Source: a virus. Taken from it: a stretch of 64,000 bases of DNA. The notes beneath the pieces are model-generated. The model saw only the letters and a program-made list of their open reading frames with translations. It was not told the origin of the DNA and did no database searches. The number at the start of each line of letters is the position of its first letter. Within the stretch, counting starts at the first letter, position 1. Positions 10,116 through 20,400 of this stretch are shown here, in pieces. Both the position numbers and the translations under genes were made by a program. The stretch lies in IMG/VR virus record IMGVR_UViG_3300024348_000008; one strand, written 5' to 3'.

Positions 10116-11513
10116 ATGACAGCAATAGTAACAACACCTTTTAGAGTCCTCAATGCGGAGAACTTTAAAGCCGACGTAGTGGCAGGCGGTATGTATTTGG
10201 GCATTGGTAAATCAGATGTATGGTCTTTAACGACTTCAGATACTACAGACACAACGGCCTTTACTCCTTACGATACCAAAGATAATATCCATGAAGCATG
10301 GAAAAATATGTTAGGTCTTAAAAAATTAACAGCGGCCGATATATCACATGTGGTACCTAGACATACATGGAAATCTGGTGATACATATGTTGAATGGGAT
10401 TCTGATCAAGCAGATATATATGATAAAGCTTTTTATATTGTAACGTCAGAATTTAAAGTATACAAATGTATATATGCACCAGCTGCGACTTCTACTATTC
10501 AGCCAACTCAAACAAATACTGCACCTACTGCAGAATCTGATTCTTATATTTGGAAATACATGTATACGATATCAGTTGCAGATGCAGAGAAATTCCTTAC
10601 AACATCTTATATGCCGGTCAAGACTGTTTCCCTTGCCTATGCTAATGATGCTGCAGCAGAATCCGCTTTAACTGAATCAGATTATGCACAATATCTAAAT
10701 CAAAAAGCCTCAAGAGATCATGCTCAGGCAGCAGGTATTGAAAGATTAGAAATGACCGCAAATGGTAATAGTAATTATTCTAGTAAACCAACTGTAACAA
10801 TTACGGGTGATGGAACAGGTGCTACAACTGTAGCGGCCGATATTACAATGTCTGGTTCAGGTAGTACACAAAATGTTGCTTCCATTACAATGGCACAGGC
10901 CAGAAAGGGTACAGATTATACTGTGGCCGAAGTTACAATTTCTGGTGGAGGTGGTACACTTGCGACGGCACGTGCGGTTATCTCTCCACAAACTGGTCAT
11001 GGTGTAGATCCTGTACAAGAACTTGGTGGTTTTTATGCTGCACTTAATACACTTCTAACAGGTACAGAAGCAGGAGATTTGGTTGTTGCTCAGGACTTTA
11101 GACAAGTATCTTTAATTAAAAAACCACTTAATTATGGAACAACTACTATATCTACTGCAACAACATTAAGAGCTTTAAAATATCTTGATTTAACTGGATC
11201 AAATCCTACTGCTAACTTTGTATTAGATGCAATTGTTACCGGAGCAGGTGGAGCCAAGGCGTTTATTACTGAAATAGATGTAACAAATGGTAGATTATAT
11301 TTTCACCAAAACTCTAAAACCGGATATAAGGCATTTGTTAATGGAGAAGCAATAACCGGTGTAGGAGGTGGAAGTGCAACTCTTGCAGGCACTGCCGTTG
11401 TAAATGGTGAAGTAGCCTACAATTCAGGTCAAATGATTTTCTTAGAAAATAGATCTCCTATTAATAGATCATCAAATCAGACTGAAGACATTAAAGTAAT
11501 AATTGAATTTTAA
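10116..11513 (+). CDS. gp8: baseplate wedge subunit gp8
   Basis: MTAIVTTPFRVLNAENF, VVPRHTW, FKVYKCI, DSYIWKYMY, C-terminal ENRSPINRSSNQTEDIKVIIEF. Confidence 0.9.
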   Translation: MTAIVTTPFRVLNAENFKADVVAGGMYLGIGKSDVWSLTTSDTTDTTAFTPYDTKDNIHEAWKNMLGLKKLTAADISHVVPRHTWKSGDTYVEWDSDQADIYDKAFYIVTSEFKVYKCIYAPAATSTIQPTQTNTAPTAESDSYIWKYMYTISVADAEKFLTTSYMPVKTVSLAYANDAAAESALTESDYAQYLNQKASRDHAQAAGIERLEMTANGNSNYSSKPTVTITGDGTGATTVAADITMSGSGSTQNVASITMAQARKGTDYTVAEVTISGGGGTLATARAVISPQTGHGVDPVQELGGFYAALNTLLTGTEAGDLVVAQDFRQVSLIKKPLNYGTTTISTATTLRALKYLDLTGSNPTANFVLDAIVTGAGGAKAFITEIDVTNGRLYFHQNSKTGYKAFVNGEAITGVGGGSATLAGTAVVNGEVAYNSGQMIFLENRSPINRSSNQTEDIKVIIEF

Positions 11514-11530
11514 TATACTAATTAGTATAT
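11513..11530. promoter_or_regulatory. 18-bp perfect palindrome ATATACTAATTAGTATAT between gp8 and the DUF4815 gene
   Basis: self-complementary as read; function unknown. Confidence 0.4.
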
Positions 11531-11548
11531 AACCGTAAAGAGAAAAAT

Positions 11549-14500
11549 ATGGCAGACGTATATAAACCAATCACGAAAATAACAAATTATAGGACTAGTC
11601 CTTATTATGATACTTTCGATGAGAGAAATAATTATCATAGAGTTTTATTTAGACCAGGATATGCTGTTCAGGCAAGAGAGCTTACACAATTACAAACAGC
11701 ATTCCAAGCCCAAATTGATAGACATGGTCAACACTCATTTTCAGATGGTGCAGCAGTTGTTGGTAGTGGAACTACCGTCGATACTGAATATGCATACATA
11801 AAATGTGAAGATGAATTTTATTCTACGGTTGCAACAGGATCAGGTGCTGCATATGATACGAGTACATATATTTCAGAGTTTGTTGATAAAACTATTATTG
11901 GTACTGATAATACCGGTGCATTTCAAGTAGAAGCAAAAGTATTGGCCGTAGTTGCAAATGGTTCAGGTCCTGCTCATGGTAGTAATAGTAACGATCCTAT
12001 TACATTATACATTAAATATAATAAATCAGGCGGAACTTCGGCTACTAATAGAACAGTAAAAACCTTTGGAGCCGGTGAAGTATTTAAAACAACATCCGGT
12101 ACTATTCGAGTTGGTAAAGTCCAAGGAGAACAAAGTGCAAGTGCTACAGAATATGTTGGTGCAATCGCATCAACAAATTCGGCATTAACTAATGGAACAC
12201 AAACCGGTTTAGGTTCTGCCGTGCATATTGTAGAAGGTGTACGTTTTGTTTCAGGCTGTTTTACATATGTTCCAGGCGGCACATTAATATTAAACAAATA
12301 TAATAATATTCCTTCATATAATGTTGGGTTATTAATATCAGAACAAATTATTTCATCAAATGAAGATGCAGATCTAGTTGATAATGCAGCAGGTCAACCA
12401 AATGCCTCTGCACCAGGTGCAAATCGATATAAGATTACATGTACTTTAATTGCAGAACCATTATCATTATCTGCCAGAACAACTGCAAACTATTTTTCTT
12501 TATTACGAATAGAGAATGGTATTACAAGTTATCCCACTAGAGGAGATAGTGTCGATACAGAATTAAACCAAAGATTTGCAGATAGAACATTTGAAGAATC
12601 TGGTAATTATACTGTTTCTCCTTTTGATATCAGTATAGACGAATATTTAAATGATGGTACGAACTTTGGTTTTAAAACTACAACAGAAATTATTGCAGAA
12701 CAGGCAAGTGTAAATACAACTGCACAAGCAGAAACATTTGGTTTACCAAAATTAAATTTATCACTTTCTCCAAGTACTGCCTATGTTAAAGGTAAAAGAA
12801 TAAAAACTTCTGCAGATACTAGAATTATATTTGACAAACCACGGGATGCTATAAATGATGTTGCAACGGCGAATGCTGCTATTACTACATTACCTTTAGG
12901 TAATTATATAAAGCTAACATCATCTACTATAAAGGGAATGCCTCAGATATCAACGATGCATACTCTTGTTTTAAATACTGGATCAATTGCTTCTCCAACT
13001 GCGGTAGGTACTGCACGTTGTAGAGGAATAGAAAAATTCGATGGAACTATACATCATTTATATATCTTTGATATTGTCATGACGTCTGGTACATTCGCTG
13101 CAGTAACAAATGTTTCACAAACTAATAGCGGCCAAGAAACTTTTGTGGCCACATTAGCAGGCACTCCTGGTGCGGCAGTTAGATATGACAGTGGACAATC
13201 AAGCTTTTTATATAAATTACCATTTTCTACAATACGAACATTAAAAGATGGAAGTAATAATGTAGATACAGATTATATAGTAAGAGCATATATGAGTGGC
13301 ACAGTTGATTCTAGTGGAAACATTGTATTAACTTGTCCGTCAGGTGGTGTTCTTGCAAATGATGATGATATTCAAGTTGCAGTTGATACGAATGCAGTTG
13401 TAGAAGCAAATGCTGTGGCATCTGGTGTAGGTTCATCTAGTTTTACATTAAATTCTGCCGGACTTGGTAGTATGTCACTTACACAAGGAGAGAAAGTTCA
13501 AGTTGTTGCATCAATACGAAGATTAAATAATTCTGGTTCTACAAGAAAAACAAAGACCATATATACTGATCAAACAAATACTATTACGGCCAATGGTTCT
13601 GCATCATATGGTCTAGGCAAAAATGATATTATAAAAATAAGAAGTATTACAGATTCAACTAATGCAGTTGTTACAAATAAATTTACTCTTGATAATGGAC
13701 AAAGAGAAAACTTCTATGAAGAAGGAAATATTATTCTTAAAGGTGGAGAATCTGTACCTAATGGAAACTTAGTAGTAAAATTTGATTATTATGTTCATTC
13801 TGCAGGAGATTATTTCTGTGTAGATTCATATTATGATTCTAATACAAATTCAGCGGCCAATACAATATTATATGAAACTATTCCAACATTTAATGGTGTG
13901 AATGGTGTAGTTCAATTAAGAGACTGTTTAGACTTTAGACCATCAAAGGCCACAACTGGTGCCACAACTGGATTTGAATTTAGTTCAGGTACTAATGCAT
14001 CTACATCTCTTGCCCCTTCACCGGGTACAATTTGTGAAAATGATATTAAATTTTATTTACCTAGAATAGATAAAATATTATTAGGCGATGATGGCATTTT
14101 TAAATATGTTAAAGGTACTTCGGCATTTCAGCCTAAGGCACCTGAAGATGTTGCAAACTCAATGACCTTATATGCAATTTCATGTAATCCATATGTGTTT
14201 AATGTTAAAGATGTTAAGGCAAATCCTATAGATAATAAACGTTATACTATGAGAGACATTGGTAAACTTGATAAAAGAATTAAAAATTTAGAATACTATA
14301 CATCACTTTCTTTATTAGAAAAATCTGCGGCCGCAATTGAATTATATTCAGGACTAAATAGTAGATTTAAAAATGGATTTATAGTTGATGGATTCTATGG
14401 CCATAATATAGGAAATTCCGCAGATCCAGATTATAGTGTATCAATTGATAAAGTTCCTGGTACTTTAAGACCTAAATTTGATCCACGATCTATTAATTTA

Positions 14501-17188
14501 GTACGTGCTACTTCAGATCAAAGCAATAATGTATCATCTAACGGAGCAAGCAATGGTGTAACTGCCAAAGCCGTTAAGTCAACAAAGGGTGGTATTATTA
14601 CAATGCCACATACTACTGTCGCACACATAACTCAACCATATTCAACTTATGCAGAACTTATAAATCCACACAACGTGTTTGCATGGGAAGGAACAATGAA
14701 GCTTTCTCCTGAAACAGATGAATGGAAAGAGGTTGATGTAAGACCAGATATAACAATTGATAATAATTCTATATATGATCAATTTGTGGCCATGGCAGAA
14801 GAGTCCGGAATATTAGGTACTGTATGGGATGAATGGGAAACTAATTGGACTGGTAAAGAAATTAATGAGAATAGTTATAATCAGATCATTGGCGGTCAAC
14901 AAACATTAGTTCGAAATGGTCCAGATGAACAAACAGACTGGGGGTTCGGTAATACCCGTCGGGAAGAAGTTACAACAACTGTCACTGCAACAACATTAAC
15001 TGGTACACAATCGCGATCTGGTTTATCTACATCAGTTACTTCAGATACTGTAACCAAAGAAATTGGTGATTATGTTGTTGAAACAAACTTCATACCATTT
15101 ATGAGATCAAGAAAAATCTCATTTGATGCCGAGCTCTTAAAACCCGAAACAAAATTATATGCATTTTTTGGAGGCATAGACATTACTGCTTACTGTAAGC
15201 AATCTGCATATTCATCAGGTAGTTCTCATGTAGATGCAGATTTTAGTGAATTTTCAGATCAAACTAGTGTAATTACATATGAAGGTGATACATCATTATC
15301 TGGAGGAGGAACTCTTGTATCTGATTCTACTGGAAGATGTGTAGGTCAATTTGTTATACCAAGAAATGATGTTTTAAAATTTAGAACAGGTGTTAAAGAT
15401 TTTAAAATAACAGATTCATCTACTAATAGTGCTAGTGCAGATACACATGCATCTGCAATATACTATGCATTAGGTATACTTGAAACACATCAAAAAACTA
15501 TACTTGCAACCAAAGTTCCTAGATTAGTAACAAGAGAAGTTGGTGAAAGAGGTGAAGATGTAAAGAAAACTACCACTACTTCTAAAAACGAACATGTAAG
15601 ATGGATCGATCCTCTTGCACAGACATTTGTTGTTGATGGTAAAACTAATACTACATATACAGAAGGTGATCCTCCGGCCGAAACTGGTATATTTGCAAAA
15701 AGTTTATCTCTATATTTTCAAGCAAAAGATGCCGGTGTTCCAGTTCAAATTTCAATTAGATCTGTAGAAAATGGATATCCAACACAAACAATTGTTCCTG
15801 GTTCTGAAATAGTTTTATATCCTTCTGATATTAATGTATCGGCCGATGCATCATCTGCAACGACTGCAAGCTTTGATTATCCTGTTTATCTAGATAAAGA
15901 TACCGAATATGCTATTATTCTTATTGCAAATTCGGCAGTATATAAAGTTTTTGTATCAGATATTGGTGGATTTGATTTAACAGATACCACATATAGGGTT
16001 GTTTCTCAACCATATAATGGTGTATTCTTTACATCTGCCAATGCATCAACATGGACGGCCGAACAAACTAAAGATCTTAAATTCATTTTAAATCGTTGTT
16101 CATTTCCAGCAACAGGCAAATCAGAAATTATTGTTAATAATGATGTTATACCTCCTAAAAAATTGGGTGTTACACCATTAGAATACTTATCGAATTCTAC
16201 TAATACTGAAATCAGAGTATATCATCCAAATCATGGTATGTATGGTTCAGGTGTAAGTAAAGTAGATTTAACTGGTTTTGTTGCAGAGAATGGTGTAACT
16301 GCGACACAAATGAATACTACTCACACAATCAAAGCAGATTCAAAGGCTCTTGATTCTTATGTTATAACATTAAGTGGTATAGAATGTACAGACACAGGTA
16401 TTGTTGGTGGTGGACAAAATATGACAGCAACAGAAAATCAAGTATATAATGTTTTAAATCCAAGAATACAAAATGTTCAAATACCTGGTACATCTTTAAC
16501 AGGATATTTAACCGGTAAAACTGGTTGCTCTGTCGATGGATCACAAACGGCATTTAGTACAGTTGCAGAACAAGAAATTTTACTTAATAAAAACTTTTTA
16601 CCTACTGTACCTATGGCCATTGCTGGTTCTAGAATTGAAACAGATCTTTCTACAGGTAAAGGAATAAGTTTAAGAATTGAATTAGATAATGGTGGTAATG
16701 AAAGAATATCTCCGGTTATTGATTTAAACAGATCTTCATTAACAACAATTCAAAATAGATTAAATGATCCTGTTGCAAATTCAACTAATTATACTAATGT
16801 TAAACAAGGTACTCTTGTTGCAGAAACTGTCGCAAACGGTACATCGGCCGCGGCTAAATATATTACACGTAAGGTTGAATTAGCAAATGAAGCAGATTTA
16901 TTAGATGTATATATAGGTGTAAATAGACCTTCAGACACAAACATAGATGTATACTATAAAGTTCAGGCAGCAGGTCAAGATACAAACTTTAATACATTAG
17001 CATGGATAGCGGCAACTCCTGAAAATACAATACCAATAAATGATGGTGGAAGATTTTCAGAAGCACATTATGCAATTGATCCGGCTATTGGAAAATTCTC
17101 ATCTTTTGCAATTAAGATTGTATTAAGATCTAAGAACAGTTCTAAAGTTCCGCAGTGTTCAGATTTTAGAGCAATAGCAACATTATAG
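11549..17188 (+). CDS. large virion structural protein, DUF4815/VrlC-like
   Basis: PYYDTFD..NYHRVLFRPGYAVQARELTQLQ, APGANRYKI, NKRYTMRDIGKLDKRIKNLEYYTSLSLLE, DPLAQTF, FSSFAIKIVL..DFRAIA. Confidence 0.85.
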   Translation: MADVYKPITKITNYRTSPYYDTFDERNNYHRVLFRPGYAVQARELTQLQTAFQAQIDRHGQHSFSDGAAVVGSGTTVDTEYAYIKCEDEFYSTVATGSGAAYDTSTYISEFVDKTIIGTDNTGAFQVEAKVLAVVANGSGPAHGSNSNDPITLYIKYNKSGGTSATNRTVKTFGAGEVFKTTSGTIRVGKVQGEQSASATEYVGAIASTNSALTNGTQTGLGSAVHIVEGVRFVSGCFTYVPGGTLILNKYNNIPSYNVGLLISEQIISSNEDADLVDNAAGQPNASAPGANRYKITCTLIAEPLSLSARTTANYFSLLRIENGITSYPTRGDSVDTELNQRFADRTFEESGNYTVSPFDISIDEYLNDGTNFGFKTTTEIIAEQASVNTTAQAETFGLPKLNLSLSPSTAYVKGKRIKTSADTRIIFDKPRDAINDVATANAAITTLPLGNYIKLTSSTIKGMPQISTMHTLVLNTGSIASPTAVGTARCRGIEKFDGTIHHLYIFDIVMTSGTFAAVTNVSQTNSGQETFVATLAGTPGAAVRYDSGQSSFLYKLPFSTIRTLKDGSNNVDTDYIVRAYMSGTVDSSGNIVLTCPSGGVLANDDDIQVAVDTNAVVEANAVASGVGSSSFTLNSAGLGSMSLTQGEKVQVVASIRRLNNSGSTRKTKTIYTDQTNTITANGSASYGLGKNDIIKIRSITDSTNAVVTNKFTLDNGQRENFYEEGNIILKGGESVPNGNLVVKFDYYVHSAGDYFCVDSYYDSNTNSAANTILYETIPTFNGVNGVVQLRDCLDFRPSKATTGATTGFEFSSGTNASTSLAPSPGTICENDIKFYLPRIDKILLGDDGIFKYVKGTSAFQPKAPEDVANSMTLYAISCNPYVFNVKDVKANPIDNKRYTMRDIGKLDKRIKNLEYYTSLSLLEKSAAAIELYSGLNSRFKNGFIVDGFYGHNIGNSADPDYSVSIDKVPGTLRPKFDPRSINLVRATSDQSNNVSSNGASNGVTAKAVKSTKGGIITMPHTTVAHITQPYSTYAELINPHNVFAWEGTMKLSPETDEWKEVDVRPDITIDNNSIYDQFVAMAEESGILGTVWDEWETNWTGKEINENSYNQIIGGQQTLVRNGPDEQTDWGFGNTRREEVTTTVTATTLTGTQSRSGLSTSVTSDTVTKEIGDYVVETNFIPFMRSRKISFDAELLKPETKLYAFFGGIDITAYCKQSAYSSGSSHVDADFSEFSDQTSVITYEGDTSLSGGGTLVSDSTGRCVGQFVIPRNDVLKFRTGVKDFKITDSSTNSASADTHASAIYYALGILETHQKTILATKVPRLVTREVGERGEDVKKTTTTSKNEHVRWIDPLAQTFVVDGKTNTTYTEGDPPAETGIFAKSLSLYFQAKDAGVPVQISIRSVENGYPTQTIVPGSEIVLYPSDINVSADASSATTASFDYPVYLDKDTEYAIILIANSAVYKVFVSDIGGFDLTDTTYRVVSQPYNGVFFTSANASTWTAEQTKDLKFILNRCSFPATGKSEIIVNNDVIPPKKLGVTPLEYLSNSTNTEIRVYHPNHGMYGSGVSKVDLTGFVAENGVTATQMNTTHTIKADSKALDSYVITLSGIECTDTGIVGGGQNMTATENQVYNVLNPRIQNVQIPGTSLTGYLTGKTGCSVDGSQTAFSTVAEQEILLNKNFLPTVPMAIAGSRIETDLSTGKGISLRIELDNGGNERISPVIDLNRSSLTTIQNRLNDPVANSTNYTNVKQGTLVAETVANGTSAAAKYITRKVELANEADLLDVYIGVNRPSDTNIDVYYKVQAAGQDTNFNTLAWIAATPENTIPINDGGRFSEAHYAIDPAIGKFSSFAIKIVLRSKNSSKVPQCSDFRAIATL

Positions 17189-17196
17189 GAAATAGT

Positions 17197-17412
17197 ATGG
17201 CACAGAAGACTGCAAAAGTAGAAGAAAATTCAGATCTAATGAGAGATCTTACTTCTAATGCTATTATAAATACTAATAGTAATGCATATAATATAAGGCT
17301 AAATCAAATAGCGAAAGAACAATTAGATCTGCAGCAGTCTGCAGATATTGAAAATCTTAAAACAGACATAGCAGATATCAAAAAGCTACTAAAAACATTG
17401 GCGAGTAAATAA
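17197..17412 (+). CDS. small conserved-type coiled-coil protein following DUF4815
   Basis: LMRDLTSNAIIN and IENLKTDIADIKKLL pattern; AGGA RBS; TAATG coupling to the next gene. Confidence 0.7.
   Translation: MAQKTAKVEENSDLMRDLTSNAIINTNSNAYNIRLNQIAKEQLDLQQSADIENLKTDIADIKKLLKTLASK
17265..17272 (+). promoter_or_regulatory. late promoter for the 17412 fibre gene
   Basis: exact TATAAATA inside the small upstream ORF. Confidence 0.55.
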
Positions 17413-20400
17413 TGGCAATTAAAAAAGAAACAAGAATATTAAAGACTAACACCTTTGAAGGGTGGAGACAAAAAGATAATCAAATCTCTTTGCATCTAGG
17501 AGATGTATCAGAATTAGATACTTTAATTAATGATAAAGAATATTCTACTACGGCAAGTGCAGGAGATACTGTCTTTGCTGCTACTCGCTTTGAATTTTTA
17601 AATGAAGAAACTTTAGATAGTATTAATGATTATATTATTCTTAAAAATAATCCGTCTGTTCCATCATCTTATGTTACTAATGCTACTGTCTCTCAAACGG
17701 GTGGATTTACTGCTACGATCGTAAGTGTAATTGGTACTACAAAAATTTATATTAAGAATTCTTCCGGAACATTTAATGCTTCACAAAAAATTACTGTTGG
17801 TTCAGATGATATTGTGGCTGCTAATGTTTCTAGAACTGTATCAGAGGCATATCCTAAAGGTTCTATCAGAGTTTATAAAAATGGAACAGAACAACTTCAG
17901 ACTTTAGGTGAACCTCAAGGGTTTCATGTTGTTAATTATCAATATGATATCACTCTTACAGGATCTCCTACTTTACCGGCCACCTTCACTGAAGGTGCAA
18001 CAATATTCCAAGGATCAAATGATGTTGTTGGAAGTGCCACATGGTCTGGTGTAATATATGATATTACTGCCACAAAGATTAGATTAAAATCTGCATCAGG
18101 TACTTTTAGTGTTAGTACACTCTTAAGAGTTGATGGAAATACTGGAGCAAGTAATCAGATAGCAGCTGCCAAAATATCAGATAGTGCAGTAGTTGATTAT
18201 TCTTATGGAAGATTAATTGAACTTCATACTGGTGTTTCAGCAAATGATGTTATTAAAATAGATGCAAACAATGTTGTAGAAGCTATCAACGAATTACAAG
18301 ATGATATCGGCGATGTTACTATAATCAACGATGCTACCGGATATAGCGCAACACAGGTTGCAACTGGAATTACAGAAATTCAAGGTGATATTGGTGATAT
18401 CACTGGATTAGGTACAACAACCCAATCCAATTTAGTTTCATCTATTAACGAAATAGAAACAGCCGTAAGAGGAAGTGCTGGTAACTACACACTTGGAACA
18501 GCAGCAACAGATTTAGTTGCAGCAGTAAATGAAATCGAAGCGGTCTTCGATGCATCAACCTATGAAATTAGTGCAGGTTCAAATGCATTTACTGTAACAT
18601 CAGGTGAATTTACACTTGATTCTTCTGGAGATATTGTTCTTGATGCTGATGGTGGAGATATAAAACTAAAGGATGGTGGAACTCAATATGCTAATCTAGC
18701 ATGGGGAAGTGGAAACAATCTAGTTATTCAATCTGGTACTACTACAATGTTAACAGGTAGTGGAGCTAATGCTACATTTGCTGGTAATTTAGAAGTAGAT
18801 GGTACTGGAGGCTTTGACGGTAATTTTAGAGTTGGTGGTAGTGAATATAATAATGCTACATTTACAGTACAAGAAACTACTGGTAATACTGTAGTTGATG
18901 GTACTTTTCATGCAGATGGTAATGCAACCGTAGGTGGAACACTAAGTGTTGATGGTAGCTTTGCAGTTGGATCAGATAAATTCAATGTTACTGCTTCAAG
19001 TGGTAACACCCAAGTCGATGGAACATTTAACGTAGATGGAGCCACAACATTAAATGGTACTGCCATTGATGGTAACCTAGACCTTAACGGCTCAGCCGAT
19101 GTTTCAGCAAGTATTGTTATTCACGGTAATATAGATGTAGACGGTACTTCTAACTTTGATGTTGTAGACATTGACGGTGCCGTAGATATGGCAACCACTT
19201 TAGGTGTTACCGGTAATACTACTATCGGTGGTATTCTTGATGTTGGCCAATTAAATACTAAGTTCACAAATAGAAATAATGTAAAACTTGCACTTAACGA
19301 ATTACATGACGAAGTTGGTGTAGGTGGAAATGCATTTAGTGCATTAACAAATCATTCAACAAGTGGTCAAACAAATATTACTTCTGCAGTTGTGGCTATC
19401 AATGCAGATATTGGTGACGTAAGTAGTAGTAATACAATTCTAGATAATAGCGGTAATCATGCACATAAATCTGCCACTGTAAGTGGAGTCTTAGACAATC
19501 TAAGTGCGGCAATTGTTTCAAACGATACAGATATTGCAGGTAATGATACAGATATCTCTACTATTAATACAAAACTTGGAACTATCTCGGCCGCCGGTAT
19601 GGGAACATCAGCATCTACAGTAAGTACTGCAATCGCAGAATTACATGGTGAGATTAATGGTAATGATACAGATATTACTGCATTACAAGGTAATGGTTCA
19701 AGTACTGGTAGATTACGATTAGATAATACCGGTACACAAACAACTGCGGGTAATATTACATTCGGCGGTTCTAAAACTATTAAAATACACAGTGATGCTA
19801 CATTAAATGTTGAAGGAACACTTCTAGTTGGTGGAGCCGGTGGTGGTTCTCTTACCTACGCAACGGCATTTATTACTATTGCAGGTGAAGCTAATGTAGA
19901 AGGTTTAAAAATTGACAGATCTGAAATTACTGGTGGTAATTATTTAAATACTAATGATGCCACATTAAAATGGAGAGACACAAAGGTTGCATCCGGTGCT
20001 AATAATAAATCTCATAGAGCATGGCAATTTGACGGATTTACTAATGCTAGTACTCCTGTAGCAAACACAACAGACGTTGTAACATTCTATAATGCAAAAG
20101 ATTTACTTAAAAATCAAACAGCGGCCAGTGGAAGCTCAGAGGTTTATGGAGCATGGACAGCCACAACAGATTCAGAAGGATTTAATTTACATCTAAACAA
20201 TTCAGGTGTAACCGCGGCCACATATGGTTCTACTACAGCAATACCAGAAATAGTAATTGATGCAAAGGGTAGAATAACTTCTGCTACTAATAGAAATATT
20301 GCAACAGCATTAACAATTTCATCAGACGGTTCTGGAGATAATGCAGTTGATCTTCTAACAGAAGTATTAGAAATTTCTGGTGGAACTAATATTACTACAA